Below, piece by piece: positions 21,425 to 33,414 of a stretch of 64,000 bases of DNA. Source of the DNA: Mobula birostris. Taxonomy: Eukaryota. The stretch is taken from NCBI RefSeq assembly GCF_030028105.1, contig NC_092379.1, positions 20,251,309 to 20,315,308 of the forward strand, given 5' to 3'. The notes below the pieces were generated by a model. It ran no database searches, was not told the DNA's origin, and was given only the letters and a program-made list of their open reading frames with translations. Position numbers and translations under genes: made by a program. Each line of letters starts with the position of its first letter. Position 1 is the stretch's first letter.

Positions 21425-24130
21425 GTGGAGACAGAGACAGAGAGGATTAGAAGAAGAGACAAAGGATGAGATCAGAACTATGCAAATAAAGAAATATGTG
21501 TGTTGGACCCAGGATTGATCTTCAAAGATTTTGACACCCAGGAACTTGAAACTGCTCAACCTTTCCAGTGCTGATCCTTCAATGAAGACTGATGTGTGTT
21601 CCCATGACTTCCCCTTCCTGAAGTCTGCAATCAATTGCTTCGACTTACCGACGTTGAAAGTAGGGTTGTTGTTGAAGCACCATGAACCCAACTGATCTAT
21701 CCTGCTCTTGTACGCCTCCTCATCACCCTGAAACTCAGCCTACAATTGCTCAACAGTAAATTTATAAATGCCACTTGAGTTCTACCTAGCCACACAGTCG
21801 TGGGTGCAGAGAGAGTAGAGCAGTGGGTTATGCACACATCCTTGAGGTGCTCCAGTGTTGATTGTCAGTGAGGAGGAGATGCTCATTCAGATCCACACTG
21901 ACTGTGGTCTCCCAGAGTGAGGATGTCAAGGATCCAGTTGTGGAGAGAGGTCTGGAGGCCCAGGTTTTGGAGTTCGTTGATTTGAACTGAGGTTATGATT
22001 GTGTTGAACACTGAGCTGTAATCAGTAAACAACATCCGGCCGTTCAGCAGGTATTGTTACTGTCCAGGTGATCCAAGGCCGAGTGGAGAGCCAGTCAGAT
22101 TCTATCTGCTGTAGACCTATTGTGGCAACAGGTAAATTGCAGGGGTCCAGGTCCTTGCTTAAGCAGGAGTTGATTCTGGCCGTGACCAACCTCTCAAAGC
22201 ATTTCCTCACAGTAGATGTGGGTGCAACTGAGCGATGGTCATTGAGACAGCTCACCCTGCTCTTCTTGGGCACTGGTATGATTCTCACTCTTTTGAAACA
22301 GATGGGAACCTCTGACTGCAGCAGTGAGATATTGAAGATGTTCCTGAACACTCCCACCAGTTGGTCGCACAAGTTTTCAATTCCGTACCACGCACAGCAT
22401 CAGGGCCTGATTCAGTGTGAGGATTCACCCTCCTGAAAGCTGCTCTGACGTTGGCATCCGAGACAGAGATGACAGGGTCAACAGACACTGCAGGGATTCA
22501 CCCACATGTAGTTTCATTCTCCCTTTCAAAGTGTGCTTAAATGGCGTTGAGCTCATCTGGGAATGAAGCATCACTGCCATTCGTGATGTTAGGTTTCACC
22601 TTGTAGGAAGTAATGGCCTGAAAAGTCTGCCAGAGCTGAAGGGGATCTGATTCCTTCTCTAAGTTCAATTGGAATTGTTCAAAGGTTCATTTATTATCAA
22701 AGCCTGTATCCACATACAACTTAAAATTTGTGTTCTTCAGATAGCCACAAAAACAAGAAAGAATATGAAAGTCGTTCAGAGAGAAACATCAAATCCACCC
22801 CTCACCACCACCCCCACCGACAAAAATGGCATCCCGATCATCAATCCCCCCCCAGTAACCCCCTCTCCCTTCAGAAAACGGAACAGGAACATCAACCCCC
22901 AAAAAACAAACCCTCCCTAACACAAAAAACTAACAGAACATCAAACCCCGAACACCCTCCCCTTGCACAACAAAACTGAAAAGGAACGGGCGATAAAAAA
23001 CACAGAATATAAAAACGATAGGTCTGAAAATGTCCACAATCCATAAACACAACTGTCCAATCCATAAACACAGAAACACAATACCATCTCCAATATCACC
23101 AACATTCATTGAAAGAGAGGAGAGGAACACCACACGAGGCAGAGAGGCCGACCCGCCTGTCACAGCAAGACACACAGCAATAGGCCGCTCACAGAATCCA
23201 TCTCCAGCAGTGATCAAAAGACAGGCATCGGTGCCAATACTCTCACTCACTTAATGGATGCTTGAAATGGCGAAATGGAGTCAATCATCGGCTCACACAC
23301 TATCTTGAAGTTTCATTGCATCAAAGCCGTCTGAGTACATACTCGGAATCGTTTTGGAGATAGCAAAGCGCTGGATCACTGAAACAATCTCCAATCTAAG
23401 TCGCAGTCTTGAACTCTAACAGTCTGAGAAACATACTTAAGGAGAAAAACAGACACAAAGGACCAAAAAAGGATATTTTCGTGAGCCATCTGGAAGACGT
23501 TGACTGAGGGAGCATTGCACTCTGGCACCATCTTAACCAATAGCTTTCCACAGTTCATACCTGGGCTTCTTGTCTAATGTTGGGTCACCAGCCTAGACTG
23601 CCATAAATCGAGGCCTCAGCAGAGTACAAATCTCCAGGTCCATCCACAGCTTTTGGTTTGGGATATCTGGGATGTTCTCGAAGGGACACACTCATCCACA
23701 CAGGTCTTGATGAAGTCGGTGACAACTGTGGCATATTCATTCAGATTTGAAGAAAGGTCTCTGAATATTGTCCAGTTCACCAGCTCAAACTCCTGTAAGC
23801 GCAGTTCTGACTTCCTTGTCCATATCTTCTTGGTCTTCACTACCAGCACTGTGGTCTTTAGTCTCTGCCTATATGCCGGGAGTTGAAGTACAGCCAGGTG
23901 ATCGGCCCTACTAAAGTGTGGCCATGTGCTGGCACGGTAACCGTTGTTGATGGTGGTATCACAGTGGTCAAGTGTTGGCTCCTCTGGTTCCACAGGAGAT
24001 ATGTTAGTGGTCATTGTTCAGAGAGTTCTTCAAGACGTCGTGGTTCAAATCCAGGTGTGCTATTTCGTGTCTACTGATCACAGTGCTCAGCTCTTCCAGT
24101 GACTGTCCGATGCTGGCCTGAGGTGGCTGC
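21425..24130 (-). mobile_element. Degraded and nested Rex1-type LINE fragments
   Basis: Minus-strand ORFs IIPVPKKSRVSCLNDHRSVA and SRADHLAVLQLPAYRQRLK. Confidence 0.75.
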
Positions 24131-24988
24131 CCCCACACCATGCCTGGATCTGCTGCAGACTAATGGACTGAAATTGATTGCAATCATTCATCAACAACTC
24201 CATTATCACTGTGTCATGTGACAGGGGACTGAACCCAGCAGGATTTAATCGTGAGCAGTGTTCTGCAATGATCTTTGTCGGCCCTGCAACTATTCACTGA
24301 TATTACTAATGATGTGGATGATGGGACACAAAGCCATGTCTATGAGTGTCCAGCAAATGAAAAGCAGACTCCACAGGAAATAGAACGGCAGGGAGGTTTA
24401 AAGTGTAGAGATGGAAATAGATGAAGTGAACAGGACAACTGGAACAAAGCGAAATCATTGACTGGGGCAGGCAAGTTGCAGAGATGAAAAGAGAGATTTT
24501 TCATAGGAGATTCGAAAGTCAGTGTCAGAATTTTCAATCTAGAGGAATCCCAGGCTCAGTCTGAACAGATATGAGGCAGCTCATTGATTCAGTTCAATGT
24601 CACAAATGGATCTACAGACTCTCACGTGCACCGAGACAAGAAGATTGCAGGAAATGCTGTCTTTGATCAGAAACTGCACCTCTCATTGCAATTCACAGCT
24701 CTGATAGTGCATTTTATTGGCATTAGAGCAGCTAAATGTCATGTGGCTGGGCAACTGTCCTGCAGTCCCTGCTGTGAGCCAAATGGGTCCTGAGGAAATA
24801 AGCTCCTTGATGTTTGATTTTGTTTTCTCAGTCAGAGGTTGTAAGCAGAGATGAGCAACCCACTCTGTAAACAAACCTGATTTCATTCCGTTGTACAATT
24901 CTGTACAGGATAAGTCTGAGCTGAAGTTGTCAAGCCAGCTGACAGCAGATATTGTCCAGTTTGTAAATTTTCTATTTCTAATCTACAG

Positions 24989-25291
24989 AGTTGTCTGTCT
25001 TTATCCAAAATCCCTCCATTGAAGAGATGTGGATGAACCAGACCGCTACTCTGGTGTGTATGATTGTGGGTGCTGATCTGAGCCAGGTCCAAATCCACTG
25101 GCAGGTGAATGAGAGGGAGAAAATCAAAGCAAATGTGACCAAAAAACCGAGAGAGGGAGGAACCCAAGACACAGTGATCAGTCAACTCCAGACCAGTGTG
25201 GAGGAGTGGACCAGTGGGGTGGAGTACACTTGCTCTGCCCAACAACCTTCTGCAACCTCACCAGTATTAGCACGGACAAAAAGTACCAAAG
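24989..25291 (+). CDS. IgW: Duplicated CH3-like exon (CH3')
   Basis: CTACAG|24989; ELSVFIQNPSIEEMWMNQTATLVC...IHW...EEWTSGVEYTCSAQ...TKSTK; same length and phase as CH3; intact. Confidence 0.93.
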
Positions 25292-25374
25292 GTGGGCAAG
25301 AGGTCAGCGATTAAAATGGACAACGTTGGTTACCTCAGTAAAAATGTTTGACATTTCCATTGTTTGCCCATCAG

Positions 25375-25698
25375 TTCCACTGGAGACAAAAAGTCCCAAA
25401 GTCAGACTGCTGCCACCGCCAGAGGGAGAGACCAAGAGTGGGAACACGGTCACCCTCGAGTGTGTTGCTTCTGGATTCTACCCGGACCAAATAACCATCA
25501 CCTGGGAGAAAGGGGACTCTCTGATCTCTTCCAACACCAGTGTGAGACCAACTGCTCTGGAACAGGCAGGGACTTTCATTGCCAGCTACGACCTGACCGT
25601 GAGCACAGAGGAGTGGAAGGAAGGCTCAGTTTTCAGATGCACAGTGTCTCATCCCCCCTCCAACACCAGTGTCAGGCAGGATGTGAAAAACATTCAAG
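25375..25698 (+). CDS. IgW: Duplicated CH4-like exon (CH4')
   Basis: CATCAG|25375; VPLETKSPKVRLLPPP...LECVASGFYPDQITITW...FRCTVSHPPSNTSVRQDVKNIQ; donor G|GTATGA; intact. Confidence 0.93.
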
Positions 25699-26499
25699 GT
25701 ATGATTCTGAGATTCACTGTACTGTTGACATCCTCTGCCACAGTCACAACCCAGGGACAAGCAAGGTCAATAGGTAACGGCAAGTCTGGCATTGTTGTAG
25801 TTGTGTGAGTGGATTAATAATGCAGAGGCAGAGAGTGGGAAAGAAGCAGAGTTCATCCGATGCTTTCAAAACTTAACTCTCTTCTAAACTACCAACACAA
25901 GGTCTGTCTGTCCATCAGTAAATACCCATCTGGGCCCCTCTGTCGCATCTCAGACAGATATGTGAGAGTGCAGCAGTCCCTCAGTACTAGCACCAGGATC
26001 ATTGACCTACAGTCTGTTCCCAAGCCTCAGGACAATGGCATGAACACATAACCAGAGGTGACTGTGAAAGATTGTAGCTTTAGATTACAAACTATTTCAC
26101 TGATGTTCTTTGGTGAAGGACCCTGGCCTTCCTACCCTGTTTACCCGTATCCATCAGTCCCACATCAAATTCTTCATTGCTCTCTGACGGACCTGCTGGA
26201 GCAGAGTAAGGAATGCCGGCCTTGTCAGTGAGGGAATGATGAAATAATGACTGCAGGGTCAATGTTTGTACACCAACATCTCAGAGACATGAAGCAAGTC
26301 TATCTGTCAGCAGAACTGGAGGAACTGAGTTCCACTGGAGCAGGCATTGTGGAATGTAACTGGACATCAGACAGTTGTTGAGTTCCAGTAAACCAGAGAG
26401 ATGCACAGTACTCAGCCAGGCACAGAACTAGTGCTGAAGCAATGGTACAGAGTACACGTGTGATGCTCTCTCAATGTTATCCCTTTCTCTGTTCACAAG

Positions 26500-26639
26500 T
26501 GTTCTCTAACCCACTGAACACTTTCCACAATTTCTCTTTCATTTCCAAAAGTAAAAAGCCTCCATATTTTAGATGCGGAGAGATCATTGGTGGTGTAAAC
26601 ATTGGCCTGGATGGTGTAAAAGCAGAATATTCCAGGTGA
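26500..26639 (+). CDS. Candidate additional secretory/terminal exon after CH4'
   Basis: Strong pyrimidine tract TCCCTTTCTCTGTTCACAAG|26500. Phase 1, open for 46 codons (VFSNPLNTFHNFSFISKSKKPPYFRCGEIIGGVNIGLDGVKAEYSR*); AATAAA at 26909-26914. Confidence 0.4.
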
Positions 26640-27862
26640 ACATCATATGAAAAAAGAAATCCATTCCCAATAGGAACCCTCTAACGTTACCCTTCCCCAC
26701 CAGATGAGATGGAAAGAAGTTGGGTCACTGGGTTCTCTGCAGCAGAGATTCCCATGGACATACTGGCCTACAACTCCAATTGTCAACCTTCAATTGATGG
26801 TTGATCCGACAACAGTGTGGTTTACATCACAGAAACATGCAAGGTTACCTGAAGTCCTTTCTCATTGGCTCAAAATGGACATATATATTTCATGACTAAG
26901 TACATCAAAATAAATTACCAACATTTCTGAGATCCTGTGGTTCTTGTTAAAACTTCCTTGTGTCAGGTCTGATCCTGTTGGAAACTTCTGTAGACTACTT
27001 GACAGGTTGAAAGTCAGCCTGTGTTTGTGTAATTAAAGTTCAATAACGAAGGTATGGAAAGCATTCGGCTGCCAGCGTTCCGTGCCGGTATGTTTTGGGA
27101 TACAATTGTGTGACTTAAACCTGAGGGGCTGGAAGTGTTGCCTGGTTGGTTCTGTCCTTCATTGTATAGACAGACAGACATTCAAGTAGATTTTGGTAAA
27201 TGTGTACTATAGTTTCCACTGCGCAAATGATAGAACATTCCAGATTGGTCCACAGTTTCTAAGGTTAATTGACAGGGAAAGGTATTTCATCAACTTTCTG
27301 AACATTTGGTGAACTCAATCAGAAAGTGGAGAGTTACAGAAAGAAGGGACAATATGTAGACAGTGATGCCCTGTGACCTGCAGCAATGTGTTCAGTGCTA
27401 ACACTATTCACTAGATTTATTCATGGTTTAGATATTGGGCAGAAATATACATGACCAATTTTTGCCACTCACACAAGGCTGGCAGATCTGTCAGCATCTG
27501 GAAGGTTTTAACTACAGAGACAGTAATTGATGAAATGAATAGGCAGGAACCAACTCCAGGTCTTTGGACAAACTGTCTTGGAGGGACTGCTGAACATACC
27601 TGCACTCCCCAGAGTAAATTACAAGTTGGGATGATGTTTAATGAACACTAAGTGAAGATCTGGTCAATATTTTTAGCGGAGCGAACATAGCTGATTCAAA
27701 GAAACTAGTTCATTTAGTTCTGTCCAGGGGCTCCCAAGTTACAAATGACATGCTGTGAGGAAACATGACTCAAGTCATCAAATTTACTCAAGTTTATTGC
27801 CATGTTGATCTTCAAGAAATATGGACAAGTAACTAACCGTCTCACTTTCTCAATTGTTTCAG

Positions 27863-28005
27863 AAACCTGCACAGACTTGACAGGAGAGGAGGGGAAGGAA
27901 GAACAGGGACACGTGGATGGAGATGACAATGTGCTTACAGTTGCTGCCTTTGCCGTTCTGTTTATCATCAGTTTCCTCTACAGCACCTTCGTCACCATTG
28001 TCAAG
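27863..28005 (+). CDS. IgW: IgW transmembrane exon TM1
   Basis: TTTCAG|27863; ETCTDLTGEEGKEEQGHVDGDDNVLTVAAFAVLFIISFLYSTFVTIVK, with the antigen-receptor TM motif (F..LF..S..YST.VT..K); donor |GTAACT. Confidence 0.95.
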
Positions 28006-28079
28006 GTAACTAATTGACTAACAGAGACATCCCATGAAACACAAACTTTCACCTTCCTTATCTCACATTGCATTCTCTG

Positions 28080-31000
28080 ACACTGCAATGAAGGCCTTTC
28101 ACAACCCCTGGGACTTTACACCTTTCCTCTTTACTCCGAGCCTCTGGGCCTTGATAAGTAGAAGTTATGACCTGTACAAAAGGGACAGGTTACACCTGAA
28201 TCCACAGGGGACAAATATCCTTGCAGACAGGTTTGCTGGAGCTGTTCAGAAGAGATTAAACAAATCTGGCAGTGATAAGGTTGAGGATCAAATCGTTGGT
28301 TTAAAAACAGAGGCAGTGTGTAGTGAGACTGCTAGCAAGAAGAAGCTGATGACCAGGTAAAATTGCAGTTAATGGGATGAGTTGCAATGTAAAAGGGGAC
28401 AAAATTTTAAAATGTGATGGATACAGGACTGAAGGTGTTATCGCAGGATATGGAATAATCTCGATGAACTTGAAGCACACTTACATACTGGCATTATGAC
28501 TTTCTGGGCATCACCGAATTGTGGCTGAAAGATTATAGCTGTGAGCTTAATTTCAAAGGATACACATTGTATCGAAAGGACAGGGAGGTAGGCAGAAGGC
28601 GTGGTGTGGCTGTGTTGGTAAAAAATTAAATTAAATCATTAGAAAGAGGTGACATGGGATCGGAAGGTGTAGAATCGTTTTGGGTAGAGCTAAGAATCTG
28701 CAAGAATGAAAGACCCTGATGGGAGTTATATACAGACCTGCAAACAGTATAGCAAAGATGTGGTCTACAAATTACAACCGTGGACAGAAAATGCATGTCA
28801 AAAGTGTGATGTTAAGATAGTCATCGTGAATTTCAATATGCAGGTTGATTGAGACTGATTGCACCTGAACTGGAGGAGAACCAATATCTTGGTTTTGCTG
28901 ATGCTGCTTGGGAGAGTTTAAGCTCGTTTTGCAGTGGCTGAGAACCAGAGCCCAGGTCAGTAGGGGAAGGACCGGACCAGATGTTAGGTGTCAGGGAAGG
29001 TATTGAAAGACAAATTTGAAGTAACAAGTATGATAGATCAGATAGTTTGGAGTGCGTATATTTTAATGCAGGGAGTATCTTGATAAGACCATAAGACCAG
29101 AAGATATAGGAGCAGAAGCAGGCTATTTGGCCCATCAAGTCTGCTCCGCCATTCAATCATGGCCAGATGCAATTCTTCCAGTCATCCCCACTCCCCTGCC
29201 TTCTCCCCATACCCTTTGATGTCCCAGCTAACCAAGAACCTATCTCTCTATATCTTAAATGCACCCAATGACTTGGCATCCACAGACACTCATGGCAACA
29301 AATTCCACAGATTTACCACCCTCTGATTAAAGTAATTTCTTCGTATTTCTGTTATAAATGGATATCCTTCAATCCTGAAGTCCTAGTCCGCCCCCTACCA
29401 TGGGAAATGACTTTGCCATGTCTAATCTGTTCAAGCCTTTTAACATTCGGAATGTTTCTATGAGATCCCCTTCATTCTCCTGAACTCCAGGGAATACAGC
29501 CCAAGAGCTGCCAGGCGTTCCTTGTACGGTAACCCTTTCATTCCTGGAAACATTCTCGTGAATCTTCTCTGAGCCTTCTCCAATGTCAGTTTACCATTTC
29601 TAAAATAAGGAGCCCAAAACTGCACGCAATACTCCCAAGTGTGGTTTACGAGTGCCTTTTAGAGCTTCACATTCCTGCTCTTATATTCTATACCTCCAGA
29701 AATGAATGCCAACTTTGCATTCGCCTTCTTCACCACAGACTCAACCTGGAGGTTAACCTTTTGGGTATCCCGCACAAGGACTCTCAAGTCCCTTTGCATC
29801 TCTGCATTTTCAATTCTCTCCCTATCTAAATAATAGTTTGCCCATTTATTTCTTCCACCAAAGTGCATGACCATACACTTTCCAACATTATATTTCATTT
29901 GCCACTTCTTTGCCTATTCCCCTAAACTATCTAACTCTCTGCAGACTCTCCGTTTCCTCAACACTACACGCTCCTCCACCTATCTTTATATCTTTGGCAA
30001 ATTTAGTCACAAATCCATTAATCCCATCGTCCAAATCACTGGCATACATCGTAAAAAGCAGTGGTCCCAATACCGACCCCTGTGGAACTCCACTGGTAAC
30101 CGGCAGTCAGCCAGAATAGGATCCCTTTATTACCACTCTGTGTTCTCTGCCGATCAGCCAATGCTCCACCCATGCTGGTAACTTCCCTGTAATTCCATGG
30201 GCTCTTATCTTGCCAAGCAGCCTCATGTGTGGCACCTTGTCAAAGGCCTTCTGAAAATCCAAGTACACCACACCTACTGCACCTCATTTGTCTACCCTGC
30301 TTGTAATTTCCACAAAAAATTGCAGTAAAAATCAGGCAGGATTTTCCTTTCAGGAAACCATGTTGGCTTTGGCCTATCTTGACACGTGCCTCTAGGTACT
30401 CCGTAATCTCATCCCTAACAATCGATTACAACAACTTCCCAACCACTGATGTCAGGCTAACAGGTCTATAGTTTCCTTTCTGCTGCCTCCCACCCTTCTT
30501 AAATAGCGGAGTAACATTTGCAATTTTCCAGTCATCTGCTACAATGCCAGAATCTATTGATTCTTGAAAGGTCATTGTTAATGCCTCCGCAGTCTCTCCA
30601 GCTACTTCCTACAGAACCCAAGGGTGAATTCCATCAGGTCCAGGAGATTTAACCACCCTCAGACCATTCAGCTTCCTGAGCACCTTCTCAGTTGTAATTT
30701 TCACTGCACCTACTTCACTTCCCTGACACCCTTGAATTTCCAATATACAGGAACTGCAGATGTCCTCCACTGATAACTGATGCAAACTACACATTCAGTT
30801 CCTTTGCCATCTCTGCATCTCTCATTACAATATGTCCAACGTCATTTTCTATTGGGCCTATATCTACACTCAACTATCCTATACCGCTAATATACTTTAA
30901 AAAGCTTTTAGTATCTTGTTTGATATTAGTCGCCAGCTTCCTTTCATAATTCATCTTTTCCTTCCTAATGACCTTCTCAGTTTCCTTCTGCAAATGTTTA

Positions 31001-33400
31001 AAAACTTCCCAATCCTCTATCTTCCCGCTGGCTTTGGGCTTGTATGACTTCCCTTCTGCTGTTACTTTGGCTCTGACTTCACATGTCAGCCGTGACAGTG
31101 TCCTTCCATTCAAAATTTTTTTCTTATTTGGAACATGTCTGTCTTGCTCTTTGCTCATCTCTCACAGAAAATCCGGCCATTGCTGTGCTGTGTCCTTCCT
31201 GTTACTGTCCCATTCCAGTCAACTTTGGCCAGTTCCCCTATCATGCCATTGTAATTTCCTTTTTCCCATTGAAATACCAACTCATTATAATTTAGTTTCT
31301 CCTTCTCAAATTTCAAAGTGAACTCGATCATATTGTGATCACTGTTCTCTAAGGGTTCCTTAACCTTCAGCTCTCTAATCACCTCCAGATCATTGCACAA
31401 CATCCAATCCAGCACAGCCGATCCCCTGGAGGGCTCAACAACAAGCTGTTCTAAAAAGCCATCCATTACACATTCTACAAACTCTCTCTTAAAGTCCAGT
31501 AATGGCCTGGTTTTCCCAGACGACTTTCATGTTAAAATCCCCAATGATTATCATGACTTTGCCCTTTTAAAAATGCCTTTTCTTTCTCTTGCTGTTATTT
31601 TTAATCCACATCCTGGCTGCTGCTTGGAGGCCTGTATACAACTTCCATTGGGGTCCTTTTACTCTTGCCATTCCTTAACTCAACCCATGGAGACTCTACA
31701 CTTTCCGATTCTATGTCATCCCTTTCTAGTGATTTAATATTACCTCTCATAATCAGGGCCACACCATCCCCTCTGCCTGTTAACCTATCTTTCCAATACA
31801 CCGTATATCCTTGACTGTTCAGTTCCCAATGGCAGCCATCCTTTAGCCAAGATGAAATTAGAGCATGGATCAGTTTGTGGAACTATAATCTTGCAGCCAT
31901 TACAGAAAATTGGTGAGGGGCAGGAATGGGTGATTAATGTGCCAGGTTCTTGAAGGAGGGTGCAATCACACTAATAGGATTATACTGCAGACCCCCTAAA
32001 AGCCACCGGGACATTGAGGAATGGATATGCAATTAGGTGGAGGAAAAGTGTAAAAATAATATTGTTGTTGTCATGGGGGATTTCAACTTCCCTGATATAA
32101 ACTGGGACTATCTTAGTGTAAGGGATTCCGATAGGGCTGAATTTGTTAAGTACATCCAGGAAGGTTTCTTCAATCAATAATCAGTGGGTGAACAGTAAGG
32201 GAACAGTGACAACTCATTAACTTTCAGGATAACTATCCACATTTTAAATTGGCATAGGGCAATTTACAAGGGCATTCGGCAGGAACTAAGAAGTGTTAAT
32301 TGGTAATGCCTTTTCTCTGGCAGGTCCACATCAGACATGTGGAGGGTGTTTAAAGAGCAATTGCACATAGTGCAGGAAAGGTATGTTCCTGTCAGAAGGA
32401 AGGAAGGGGATGGAAATACAAGAGAACCTTGGATGTCCAGAGAGGTGATGAATTTCGTCAAAAAAAAAAGATCAAGTATGTAAATCTTCGGAAGGTTGAA
32501 TCAAACAAAGCACAGGAGGGGTATAAAGAAGCCAGAAAGGAACTAAAGGGAATTAGGAAAGCCAGAAGAGGCCATGAAAAGTCCTTGATAAGTTGGATGA
32601 AGGTGAATCTCAAGGCATTTTATACATACAGGAAGACCAAGAGGATATCTTGGGAGAGGGTGGAACCACTCAATGATAAAGAGGGGAACATTTGCATGGA
32701 TGCAGGGAATGTGAGTGAGGTACTAAATGAGTACATTGCTTCAGTATTTACAAAGGGAAAAGATGTGGAGGACCAGGAGATCAGTGCTGAGTGTATAAAT
32801 AAACTAGGGCATTTAGAGGTGAAGGCGGAGGAAGTGTTGGGCCTCCAAAAAGGAATTAAGATGCATAAGTCTTCAGGAGTAATGTTACATAGAAACTTAG
32901 AAATCATACAGCACAATACAGGCCCTGTGGCTCACAATACTATGCCAAACATGTACTTACTTTAGAAATTACCCAGGGTTACCCATAGCCCTCTATTTTT
33001 CTAAGCTCCATGTACCCTGCAGGACACCGGTGTCTGGGTGACTGTCAGGAGATGGAGGGCAAATATACAAGAAGTGCAGAGAACACCTGTGGCTGTTCCC
33101 CTCAATAATAAATCTATAACTTTAGATACTATTGAAAGGGAGCCAGAGTGACCGGGTCTCTGGCACTGAGTCTGGTGATGTGGCTCAGAAGTGGAGAGAG
33201 GCGAAGAGGAATGCAGTGATGATAGGAGATTCCTTAGACAGAGGAACAGGACGAGGTTCTGTGGGTGCGATAGAGACACACAGATGGTATGCTGCATCCT
33301 TGATGTCAAGATCACGATGTCACAGAACGTGTCCACGGCATTCTCAATGGTGAGCATAAACAGCCAGAAGTCTTTGTTACCAGACACTCCCAACTGCACC
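28080..33400. mobile_element. Mosaic of degraded CR1/HER1 LINE fragments on both strands
   Basis: Many broken EN/RT ORFs (KSPGPDGIHP, YRPPSS, WQMKYNVGKC-like) and 3' tails. Confidence 0.8.
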
Positions 33401-33414
33401 AGCTTCCGGGAGCT

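Noticed and set aside
17-28005. Locus as IgNAR, IgM or TCR
   Set aside because: The V has a VH-type FR2 (WVKQ..GKGLEW) and CDR2; a CH1, the CPSC...HCSAGKCEIK short tail and a six-domain long form indicate IgW. Only the J's CGGGT looks NAR-like.
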